A DNA stretch of 64,000 bases from Patescibacteria group bacterium (lineage in GTDB: Bacteria > Patescibacteriota > Microgenomatia > UBA8517), in the NCBI GenBank assembly GCA_041742135.1, contig JBGSJG010000001.1, positions 131,151 to 195,150 of the forward strand. The letters run 5' to 3'. The translations under genes and the position numbers were made by a program. This document shows, one piece after another, positions 19,291-27,817 of this stretch (position 1 is its first letter; every line of letters begins with the position of its first letter). The notes under the pieces were generated by a model. That model was not told where the DNA came from. It ran no database searches and saw nothing but the letters and a program-made list of their open reading frames with translations.

Positions 19291-19968
19291 ATGATAAAAA
19301 TATCAACAGTTCTACCTTTCAGGTACCGACTAGATATACATTTAGTAAAAGCTCGGGGAACTTCTCGTGAACTTCAAAATTTAGTCCCTAGCATCCGAGA
19401 AATTCTCGCAACACGCTCAGGTAACAAAATTTCTAGATTTTTTAGGCACATTTTTGAGCACAAACATGCAAGGCGCATCTTAGGTTCAAACATTGCCCTA
19501 GCCATAATTGCAACCTCATTTATCCCTGGACAAGGAGCGGCTTTTACCGCTGAAGCCGAAGAAACTCTGGTTGGTGCAGACCAGGTGGTTATAGCAACAC
19601 AAGGCGCCGTTCAATTCCCGACTGAAACAATCAAGATTAATCAAAAATTTTCCTTTTATCACCCTGGGCTCGACTTTGACGGCATAACAGGAGACCCTAT
19701 CCGACCAATAATGGCTGGGGAGGTACAGATGATTCAGTATTCGAGCATCGCATACGGTAACGCGGTGTTAATTCGCCACGGAGACAATTTCTCTTCACTT
19801 TACGCTCATTTGTCTAAAATTGAGGTAGTAGAAGGCCAGAAGGTTGACCTTGGTACAATTATTGGCAAAATGGGCTCAACCGGGAGAAGCACTGGGGATC
19901 ATTTGCATTTAGAAGTTCGTGAAAACGGTAGACCAATCAATCCGCTTATCATGCTTCCGAAGATTTAA
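19291..19968 (+). CDS. M23-family metallopeptidase
   Basis: HPGLD, YGNAVLIRH, LYAHL, GSTGRSTGDHLHLEV. Confidence 0.9.
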   Translation: MIKISTVLPFRYRLDIHLVKARGTSRELQNLVPSIREILATRSGNKISRFFRHIFEHKHARRILGSNIALAIIATSFIPGQGAAFTAEAEETLVGADQVVIATQGAVQFPTETIKINQKFSFYHPGLDFDGITGDPIRPIMAGEVQMIQYSSIAYGNAVLIRHGDNFSSLYAHLSKIEVVEGQKVDLGTIIGKMGSTGRSTGDHLHLEVRENGRPINPLIMLPKI

Positions 19969-20618
19969 TTTGCTCCTACAATAACCACAATATCGTATTC
20001 ACTGGAAGCCGCAAGCGCACTACCAATTTCGACTGAATAATCACCATCCTCCAGAGCCTTTTTAACTTTGGCAACTACAGCCGCAGAAATACCGGACTTA
20101 GATTGGATAACTGTGTTTTCGTAATCGTATTTACCTGCATTGCCAGTTTTGGTAACGGTAAAACCTGCCTCTTGAAGGACTTCCTCGCCACCACTTGCCG
20201 CTCCAATTGCGCCGCTACCGTTTAATACTTGGACTGAAAGAGTAGATACGTCAATCTCTGGCTCTGGGGTAGCAGAAGGCGTTACAGTTGCCTGTGGAGT
20301 AGCTGTAGCTTCGCTCTGGCCGACTTGCTCATCTGAGGGCGTTGAAATGCCAGACAAATAAACATACACTCCCCCTGAAACCACCGCTGCAACCAAAGCA
20401 CTCACAAGTGTAATAACCACAATCAACTTCAAGTTCATTCGTTTTTCGTTAACTTGTTTAACTTTCGCTGGCTCAGAAGCCACTGTTTCTACTGTTTCTG
20501 TTGCCTCTACCTGAGGCGTTACTTGTGGTTCTTCTGTTGTTTCTACAACTTTTTCAACCGGAGTATCAACTATTTCTTCTATTACAGGTTTGATTCTTTT
20601 CTTGCTTGAATCGGGCAT
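19965..20618 (-). CDS. Single-TM protein with LytR C-terminal domain
   Basis: TM, T/P-rich linker, VQVLNGSG..GAA, TGNA, DIVVIVG. Confidence 0.85.
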   Translation of the reverse strand: MPDSSKKRIKPVIEEIVDTPVEKVVETTEEPQVTPQVEATETVETVASEPAKVKQVNEKRMNLKLIVVITLVSALVAAVVSGGVYVYLSGISTPSDEQVGQSEATATPQATVTPSATPEPEIDVSTLSVQVLNGSGAIGAASGGEEVLQEAGFTVTKTGNAGKYDYENTVIQSKSGISAAVVAKVKKALEDGDYSVEIGSALAASSEYDIVVIVGAN

Positions 20619-20659
20619 AGGTTAATTCTACCTAAAAAAGGGAGGTGGTTTCAAGTGGC

Positions 20660-22288
20660 TTAATAATCCATTCCGCCCATACCTGGAGCCGGTGTTTCTT
20701 TTTTCTCCTCGGGAATGTCTGCCACTAAAGCTTCGGTGGTTAGGACCATAGAGGCCACGGAGGCCGCGTGTTGTAAAGCCGAGCGAGTCACTTTCAAAGG
20801 ATCTAAAAGTCCATCTTTGGTCATAGATCCGAACTTGCCGGTCAAAACATTGTAGCCATAATCGCGGTCATCCTTTTCCTCAATTTTGCGAAGTATGTAG
20901 CCATCGTCTTCACCTGCATTTTTAACCAAGCTTCTTAGGGGCTGTTCCAATGCATCGTAAACAATGTCAATTCCTACTTGCTCGTCTTTGCCTTCTGCGG
21001 TAATGGTTTTAAGTACTTTTCGAGCAATAAGAAGGGCCACTCCGCCACAGGGAACAATTCCTTCTTCGATCGCAGCTTTTGTAGCACCAACAGCGTCTTT
21101 AACTCGCTCTTTTTTCTCATTAAGCTCGGTCTCAGTTGCTGCACCGACATTAATGACAGCGACTCCCCCTACGAGCTTCGCAAGTCTTTCTTCCAGTTTC
21201 TCGCGGTCAAATTCTGACTCTGTCTCGTCTATCTGGCGACGAATCAAAGCAATTCTCTTTTTAAGCTCATTTGCATTCCCTTTGCCGCCAATGATTCTCG
21301 CATTGTCTTTGTCTGCCCAGATTTTATCTGCGCGGCCCAAATCGGTTACTTCAATATTTTCAAATGTGCGCCCGGTATCTTCTGAAATTACTTGGCCACC
21401 TGTTAAAACTGCTATGTCTGCAAGCATGTCTTTCCTGCGATCCCCAAAGCCTGGAGCCTTAATGGCTAATACGTTAAAGCTGCCACGCATTTTATTGACA
21501 ACCAGTGTTGCGAGGGCTTCGCCTTCCACGTCGTCTGCAATAATTACCAAGTTTTTGCTGATCTTTACGAACTTTTCCAAAAATGGCAAAAGTTCTTGGA
21601 TCGATGCAATCTTTTTGTCAGTCAAAAGAATGTAGGGCTGATCGATTTCGGCCTCCATTTTTTCAGGATTAGTCACAAAATATGCTGAAGCGTAACCGTG
21701 ATCAAACTCCATGCCTTCGGTGTAAACTATTTCAATTTCAAGACCTCTTCCTTCTTCAACGGTAACAACACCATCGCGACCCACTTTTTCCAAAGCCTCG
21801 GCAATTTTTCTACCGATCTCTTCGCTTCCTGCCGAAACAATAGCAACCTGAGCAATTTCTTCCTGATCTTTATCTCGAATTGGCTTTGCAAGTTTTTTAA
21901 GTTCAGAGACAACCGCTTCAACAGCACGGTCAATACCTTTTTTAACAATCATCGGGTTAGCCCCAGCGGTTATGTTTTTCATTCCTGACTGGCTCATGTG
22001 AGCAGCCAAAAGGGTAGAAGTTGTCGTACCATCCCCTGCTACATCGTTAGTTTTACTCGATGCTTCTTTGACAAGCTGGGCTCCCATATTTTCAAAAGGG
22101 TCTGGAAGATCAATTTCTTTAGCAACCGTAACTCCATCATGAACAACTGTTGGGGCTCCCCATTTTTTATCCAAGGCAACATTTCGACCTTTTGGCCCGA
22201 GGGTCGTTACCACTGCACGGCTTACGGCATTAATGCCTGCAAGCAGAGCCTGTCTTGCTTCGTCTCCGTATTTTATTTGTTTTGCCAT
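20660..22288 (-). CDS. groL: Chaperonin GroEL
   Basis: [26 protein letters not shown]-terminal GMGGMDY. Confidence 0.98.
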   Translation of the reverse strand: MAKQIKYGDEARQALLAGINAVSRAVVTTLGPKGRNVALDKKWGAPTVVHDGVTVAKEIDLPDPFENMGAQLVKEASSKTNDVAGDGTTTSTLLAAHMSQSGMKNITAGANPMIVKKGIDRAVEAVVSELKKLAKPIRDKDQEEIAQVAIVSAGSEEIGRKIAEALEKVGRDGVVTVEEGRGLEIEIVYTEGMEFDHGYASAYFVTNPEKMEAEIDQPYILLTDKKIASIQELLPFLEKFVKISKNLVIIADDVEGEALATLVVNKMRGSFNVLAIKAPGFGDRRKDMLADIAVLTGGQVISEDTGRTFENIEVTDLGRADKIWADKDNARIIGGKGNANELKKRIALIRRQIDETESEFDREKLEERLAKLVGGVAVINVGAATETELNEKKERVKDAVGATKAAIEEGIVPCGGVALLIARKVLKTITAEGKDEQVGIDIVYDALEQPLRSLVKNAGEDDGYILRKIEEKDDRDYGYNVLTGKFGSMTKDGLLDPLKVTRSALQHAASVASMVLTTEALVADIPEEKKETPAPGMGGMDY

Positions 22289-22290
22289 AA

Positions 22291-22605
22291 TTATTTCTCA
22301 ATCGCCAATATATCGTCAAATTTTGCGAATAAATATTCTTTCCCGTCAATTTTAACTTCACTTCCACCCCATTTTTTATAAATCACGACATCACCAATTT
22401 TTACTGGTGCTTTTCTAACTTTTCCATTTTCTAAAATTTCATCATCGCCAACGGCCAACACTTTTCCTTTTTGAGGCTTTTCTGAATTAGCACTATCTGG
22501 CAAGTAAATTCCAGAGGTTGTTTTGGTTTCAAGCTCAGCTGGTTCAATCAATAAGTAGCCCGCGGTTGGGTGAAGATTTATTTTTTTTGAAGTCTTTGCA
22601 CTCAT
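22291..22605 (-). CDS. groS: Co-chaperonin GroES
   Basis: [39 protein letters not shown] 22605 is preferred because the upstream TTG is part of the -35 box. Confidence 0.96.
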   Translation of the reverse strand: MSAKTSKKINLHPTAGYLLIEPAELETKTTSGIYLPDSANSEKPQKGKVLAVGDDEILENGKVRKAPVKIGDVVIYKKWGGSEVKIDGKEYLFAKFDDILAIEK

Positions 22606-22607
22606 GT

Positions 22608-22662
22608 TTGTCAGTAACTTACTACGAGTGCTATTGTAAGAATAGCCGGCCACCTTTGTCAA
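22608..22662 (-). promoter_or_regulatory. groESL promoter with degenerate CIRCE-like operator
   Basis: Minus strand reads TTGACA-N18-TACAAT, overlapping ATAGCACTC-N9-TACTGACAA. Confidence 0.55.
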
Positions 22663-22670
22663 GTGGCATC

Positions 22671-23537
22671 TTATGCTTCGACCACGCCGCGCTTTGCCAA
22701 CTCTTTAACAATTTTCTGGCTCCAGTCATGTGGGTGAAAAAAAGCCCTTGACGGCATAACCACTTCGTGGGTAATTTTCCTAGCCATATAAATTCTCTGG
22801 CACAAATAAGCTAACTTCTCAATAAAATATTTAGCTAAATTAAACTTAAGATTGTCGTCCTTAAGACTCGAGCTTGGGTCCGTGACTGCACTCGGCCAAT
22901 AATCCGTAACCCACGGGTTTCTTGCCAAGAGCTTCTTGTGGGTATTTTGCCTATCGATTACAGGAACTATCTGAGCTAGCTCATGGGCGGTGTAAGCATT
23001 TTTGTTATCAATCGCGAGGTCGCACTCGTCCATCCAAATGTTTAAGCAGAGCCTATCTTTTTGAAGTTTGCTTCTTGGCTTGCGAGTTGCGATTTTTTGT
23101 CTTCTTAGGGCCATAAGTGTTTTTAACCGTGTAATCCAAAGAGTGTTGTGTTTAGTAATTATCAAAAGATCGATATCAGAAGATTCGCTTGCAGCATTCA
23201 TAGCCAAAGACCCAGTAATTCCAACGAACAATATGCTGGGTGATTGTTCCAACACCTCCTTTGCACGCGCCAAAAGAATCATCTTTTTTCGCGAAGACTG
23301 CTCTTGGTCTAATCGCTTCGCCACCAAGCCTTCGTGGCCTTTTGCGACAAAATAATCCCCAACCACTGCCACGCGTGGCCGAGCAGAAACAAGTTTTTGA
23401 GCCTTGCCAGCTTCCCAGCGGAGTAGCTCTACTTTGTTTAACGGCCAACCAAAAAGATCGTGATAAATAAGGGCAATTGAAAACTCTGAAGAAAGTAAAT
23501 TATTTTGCAGGAACTGGCGCTGCCCGTTGTAAGCCAT
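22671..23537 (-). CDS. Pol-beta superfamily nucleotidyltransferase-domain protein
   Basis: FVGITGSLAM...SDIDLLIITK (hGS-x-DxD). Start uncertain; overlaps the upstream gene. Confidence 0.7.
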   Translation of the reverse strand: MAYNGQRQFLQNNLLSSEFSIALIYHDLFGWPLNKVELLRWEAGKAQKLVSARPRVAVVGDYFVAKGHEGLVAKRLDQEQSSRKKMILLARAKEVLEQSPSILFVGITGSLAMNAASESSDIDLLIITKHNTLWITRLKTLMALRRQKIATRKPRSKLQKDRLCLNIWMDECDLAIDNKNAYTAHELAQIVPVIDRQNTHKKLLARNPWVTDYWPSAVTDPSSSLKDDNLKFNLAKYFIEKLAYLCQRIYMARKITHEVVMPSRAFFHPHDWSQKIVKELAKRGVVEA

Positions 23538-25005
23538 ATCTTGCCAAAACCTGATTCACACCAGCGGCCAGTGTCACAAGTGAATTGCCCCCGCTTCTCT
23601 CAGGATCAATTTCTGCCAAGGCGTCCGCGTAGTACTGTGACAGTGAAGTGTTAATTCCGCTCACTCCATCAAATGTTCGCGAATGCAAAAAACCTGACTT
23701 GGCAGTGGGTGCAAGCCTCATAAAACCACCAAGCACAGGGTGTGCCAACAACAACTCGCGCATATCTACCCTTGGGTACGGCTCTCCAAAAGGACGGGCT
23801 GGATTTTTGGTGGCGTTTTCATAAAGCTTTGCGAGTGATTCTTTTTCAGACAAGAACTTCAAAAACTTCCAAGCTTCTGTTGACCCAGCACTCTTATCAG
23901 AAACCGCTTCTGCCCAGTACGACGCGTATGTAAAATCTGGCGTGTCTGAATCTCCTTGTGGAATTTGAGGAACAGCTTCAACCCTAAATCGCAGTGACGG
24001 GTTTCGTTCCATAATTTCAAGGGCACGCCACGACGGACCAAAATAAATACCGACTCGCCCTGCAGCAAACGCTACAGTTGATTCCGGCTGAGTATCGTCC
24101 CAAATTCCATCTGTCTCTGCAAACTGTTTATAAAAACTTAATGCTTCTGCGCCCCTGTGATTTGCATCTTCCGGCGTGTTAGGGTTGCCAAGGTTCTGAA
24201 GCATCAAAAGTGCAACTATTTCTGGCCAGTGGTCAACATTTGCAGTGGTTCCAAGTGAAGCTCCTGACTGAGTAATTACTCCTCGCTCATCCTTGATAGT
24301 CAATGCACGAGCAGTCTGGCGCAGCTCGTTCCATTCTGTTGGAACCGTCTTTCCATAAGTCGTAAAAATGTCTTCATTAATAAACATAGCCAAACCGTCG
24401 TACATCAGAGGAATTGCATAAGGGCCTTCTGGCCCCAATAAATCAGCTGAAGCAACTGGGTAAAAAGTGTTACTAAATTCTTCAGAACTCATAACCGAAG
24501 CCGGTGCTGTTGAAAGCTCTCCTTTGAACATTGGCACCCAACTGCTGTGGATGCGAAACAAATCTGGACCTTCTCCGCGAGCCAAAGCACTCATGAGCCT
24601 TTCACGATAATCTTGTTTATCGTTTTTTACATATTCAATAGTAATACCGGGATTATTTGTTTGGTATTCGTCAATTAAAGGTTGAACTAATGTCGCATCC
24701 TCCCACAAGCCCCACCACACCAGGTTATTTTTTGAGCCTCCTGAACCTCCAAGGCTCGGAAGAACAAACTTCACAACTGCAAAAACCACCAAAGCTAAAG
24801 CCAGAATTCCCATTAATATAAACAGTATCTTTTTAGGAAACTTACGAGGAGATGGTGTCACGGGAGGCAATCCGCCAGAGGGAGTTGAAGTAGTTTCAAT
24901 TGGCGGCACAGGAGTCTGGCCCGCAACTGGAGGAAGGCTTACTGGAATCTCGCCTTCTTGAGGCATTGATGCTGGCGAAGGGGTGGTTGGGTTGATTGGA
25001 TCCAT
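23500..25005 (-). CDS. Membrane-anchored sugar ABC-type extracellular solute-binding protein
   Basis: Pro-rich N-terminus, TM, LVWWGLWE, GPDLFRIH, YAIPLMYDGLAMFIN, EAWKFLKFL. No permease nearby. Confidence 0.82.
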   Translation of the reverse strand: MDPINPTTPSPASMPQEGEIPVSLPPVAGQTPVPPIETTSTPSGGLPPVTPSPRKFPKKILFILMGILALALVVFAVVKFVLPSLGGSGGSKNNLVWWGLWEDATLVQPLIDEYQTNNPGITIEYVKNDKQDYRERLMSALARGEGPDLFRIHSSWVPMFKGELSTAPASVMSSEEFSNTFYPVASADLLGPEGPYAIPLMYDGLAMFINEDIFTTYGKTVPTEWNELRQTARALTIKDERGVITQSGASLGTTANVDHWPEIVALLMLQNLGNPNTPEDANHRGAEALSFYKQFAETDGIWDDTQPESTVAFAAGRVGIYFGPSWRALEIMERNPSLRFRVEAVPQIPQGDSDTPDFTYASYWAEAVSDKSAGSTEAWKFLKFLSEKESLAKLYENATKNPARPFGEPYPRVDMRELLLAHPVLGGFMRLAPTAKSGFLHSRTFDGVSGINTSLSQYYADALAEIDPERSGGNSLVTLAAGVNQVLARYGLQRAAPVPAK

Positions 25006-25038
25006 AAACTAATATACATAAATGTTATCATACAAAGT

Positions 25039-26787
25039 ATGCTTAAAAAAGTTCATTTCAAACTCAGCGCTTTGCGCCTTGTAATAATTGTGTCTCTGGC
25101 AGCTTTTTGTTTTTCTGCAGCACTGTCTGTTGCACTAGTTATATATTTTCAAGACAGATTCATGCCAAACACTTTTGTTGGCGAAATTCAAGTAGGGGCT
25201 TTAAAACGAAGCGAGGCAATCTATGAAATAACAAAATCCAATTTACCTCAAGAATTTTCACTTATTATTCGGGCTAAAGAAACACAGTCCCACAGTATTC
25301 CGCTTGAGGATTTGGGGATTCAAATAGATATTGATTCGACCGTCCAAACGGTCTTGACTAGCCAGTCAAAAAATTTTGGTCACAACATTTTTCGACAAAA
25401 ATATTACGACTGGTTGCTCAATATTAATCACACAATACTGGAAGCGAAACTTGGCGAAATTGCCCTAGCTGTTTCAGATTCACCAGAAGATCCTTCGCTG
25501 GTCTTCAATAATGGTATAACAGTATCTGCCGGAAAAGCAGGTTATTTGATCGATCACAAGAAATTAGCCCAAGAAGTGATCGCTTCGGTGTCCCAAAACC
25601 GCTTTAGTTTAACCAGTGTGGTTGAGTCGGTTGACCCAACACTCAGCCAAAGCCAGACGATAAGTTTTAGAAGCCGCGGTGAGAAAATATATCCCAAAAC
25701 ATTAACGCTCAAAGCTCAGTCGCAAGAGTTTGGTTACTCCGGCCAAGAGCTTCTCAACATTCTTTCTTTTAATGATGAGTACCGGTTGGACTTTTTAGCA
25801 CCCAGTTTGGAAGACTTAAAAACTGCTCTAAATTCACCACCGAAAAACCCGGTGTTTGAATTTGTTGATTCCGAGCATGGTAAAGGTAGAGTTGAAGAAT
25901 TCGAACCTGCACAAGACGGTTTGGAATTAAACGTAGACGAGTTGAAAGACAAAATCACAAAGGGCTTAAGAGAACTTGAGAATACCGAAGTAGACGAAGT
26001 AATTGTTGAAATTCCTTTTACACGCACTCCTCCTGAGTTTCAGACATCCGATGTCAATAATCTTGGAATTCGCGAGCTTATAGGCACTGGCGTTTCAAAC
26101 TTTAGGGGTTCTATTTCTTCGCGTATTCACAATATTAACCTAGCCGCTTCTCGCTTAAACGGCGTACTTATTGCTCCAGGCGCAACTTTCTCTTTTACGA
26201 ATACATTAGGTGATATTTCAGCCCTTACAGGTTATAAACAAGCCTATGTTATCCAAGGCAACCAGACTGTGCTTGGAGACGGTGGCGGTGTCTGCCAGGT
26301 CTCAACAACTTTTTTTAGAGCAGCGCTCGCCGCAGGGCTTCCCATTGTTGAGAGACACGCGCACTCGTACCGAGTTGGCTACTACGAGCAAGGCTCTCCT
26401 CCCGGCATCGATGCTACAATTTATTACCCAAGTGTTGATATAAAAATAAGAAACGACACGCCGGGGCATATTCTGGTGCAGACCATAGTGGATGCTAAAA
26501 CTGCAACTCTAAAGTTTGATTTATATGGCACAAGTGATGGCCGCGTTGCGACTATTAGTAAACCCGTGGTTACACAAGTCGTTGCACCTCCCGAAGATTT
26601 ATATATGGATGACCCTACGCTGCCAACTGGCCAAGTCAATCAAATTGATTACAAAGCTTGGGGGGCAAAAGTTTCATTTGACTACACTGTAGTACGAAAT
26701 GGGGAAACAATTTTTGAAGATTCTTTTTATAGTAACTACCGCCCATGGCAAGCGAAGTTTTTAAGAGGAACAGGCCCTGCACAATAA
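25039..26787 (+). CDS. VanW-family protein with peptidoglycan-binding repeats
   Basis: N-terminal TM, RIHNINLAASRLNG, FSFTNTLG, GGGVCQVSTT, ERHAHSYRV, GIDAT. Confidence 0.88.
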   Translation: MLKKVHFKLSALRLVIIVSLAAFCFSAALSVALVIYFQDRFMPNTFVGEIQVGALKRSEAIYEITKSNLPQEFSLIIRAKETQSHSIPLEDLGIQIDIDSTVQTVLTSQSKNFGHNIFRQKYYDWLLNINHTILEAKLGEIALAVSDSPEDPSLVFNNGITVSAGKAGYLIDHKKLAQEVIASVSQNRFSLTSVVESVDPTLSQSQTISFRSRGEKIYPKTLTLKAQSQEFGYSGQELLNILSFNDEYRLDFLAPSLEDLKTALNSPPKNPVFEFVDSEHGKGRVEEFEPAQDGLELNVDELKDKITKGLRELENTEVDEVIVEIPFTRTPPEFQTSDVNNLGIRELIGTGVSNFRGSISSRIHNINLAASRLNGVLIAPGATFSFTNTLGDISALTGYKQAYVIQGNQTVLGDGGGVCQVSTTFFRAALAAGLPIVERHAHSYRVGYYEQGSPPGIDATIYYPSVDIKIRNDTPGHILVQTIVDAKTATLKFDLYGTSDGRVATISKPVVTQVVAPPEDLYMDDPTLPTGQVNQIDYKAWGAKVSFDYTVVRNGETIFEDSFYSNYRPWQAKFLRGTGPAQ

Positions 26788-26789
26788 AA

Positions 26790-27785
26790 ATGATAATCCT
26801 AGGAATTGAGACCAGTTGCGATGAGACTGCAGCGGCGATTGTCAAAGACGGAAAATTCGCCGTTTCTTCGGCCGTAAATACGTCAATATTTGAACATGTG
26901 AAAACTGGAGGTATCATCCCAGAGATTGCGGCGCGAAAGCAAATTGAGTACATGATCCCCGTCGTCGAACATGTTCTAAAAGATGCGAGCCTTACTCCAG
27001 AAAATTTGGATGCTATTGCTGTGACTTATGGGCCCGGGCTTATCGGCTCGTTACTTGTTGGGGTCGAGACAGCAAAGACTTTGTCTTTGGTTTGGAATAA
27101 ACCCATTGTTCCGGTAAACCACTTAATCGGTCATGTTTATGCAAATTGGATTGACAACCCAAATCCGCCGGAGTTTCCCGCCGTGTGTTTTGTTGTTTCC
27201 GGAGGCCACACTGATTTAGTTTTAATGAAAGACCATGGCCAAGTCAACCGACTTGGAGGAACACGCGATGATGCCGCAGGCGAAGCATTTGATAAAACTG
27301 CACGCATTTTAGGCCTTGGCTACCCCGGCGGACCGGCAATTGCTGAAGCAGCCAAAGACGTCCATCCTCCGTTTAATTTATTCCCCCGCCCCATGATTGA
27401 CTCGGGCGACTTAGATACTAGCTTTTCTGGCTTAAAAACCGCGGTTGATAATTACATCAAGAAAAATCCGGATTTTGACAAAAACTTAATAGCTGCTGAA
27501 ATCCAAGAGGCAATCGTAGACACGCTTGTGGCCAAGTCCCTCGCCGCAGTCACACTTTATGAACCAAAAAGTTTTATCCTCGCCGGTGGCGTATCTGCAA
27601 ATCTGCGGCTTCGAGAAAAAATTGCTAACTCACTTTCAGCTCTAACCAAAGTTTTTATTCCAGAACCCAAGTACACAACAGATAACGCAACAATGATTGC
27701 TACAGCCGCTTTTTACAACTTTAATCCAATCCCCTGGCAGGACATTGCCGCCAATCCTTCACTGACTATCGAGGAAAAATTCTAG
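26790..27785 (+). CDS. tsaD: tRNA N6-threonylcarbamoyladenosine biosynthesis protein TsaD
   Basis: ILGIETSCDETAAA, GPGL, HLIGH, VSGGHT, DDAAGEAFDK, TDNATMIA. Confidence 0.96.
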   Translation: MIILGIETSCDETAAAIVKDGKFAVSSAVNTSIFEHVKTGGIIPEIAARKQIEYMIPVVEHVLKDASLTPENLDAIAVTYGPGLIGSLLVGVETAKTLSLVWNKPIVPVNHLIGHVYANWIDNPNPPEFPAVCFVVSGGHTDLVLMKDHGQVNRLGGTRDDAAGEAFDKTARILGLGYPGGPAIAEAAKDVHPPFNLFPRPMIDSGDLDTSFSGLKTAVDNYIKKNPDFDKNLIAAEIQEAIVDTLVAKSLAAVTLYEPKSFILAGGVSANLRLREKIANSLSALTKVFIPEPKYTTDNATMIATAAFYNFNPIPWQDIAANPSLTIEEKF

Positions 27786-27817
27786 TAATCAAGCGTGGGC
27801 AATGATATGATACGCTC

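Noticed and set aside
20964-21635. 223-aa plus-strand ORF, and similar antisense ORFs at 17302-17820, 43326-43751, 48130-48687 and 54151-54696
   Set aside because: Antisense shadows of well-supported genes (groEL, comM, virB4 etc.) with no independent motifs.
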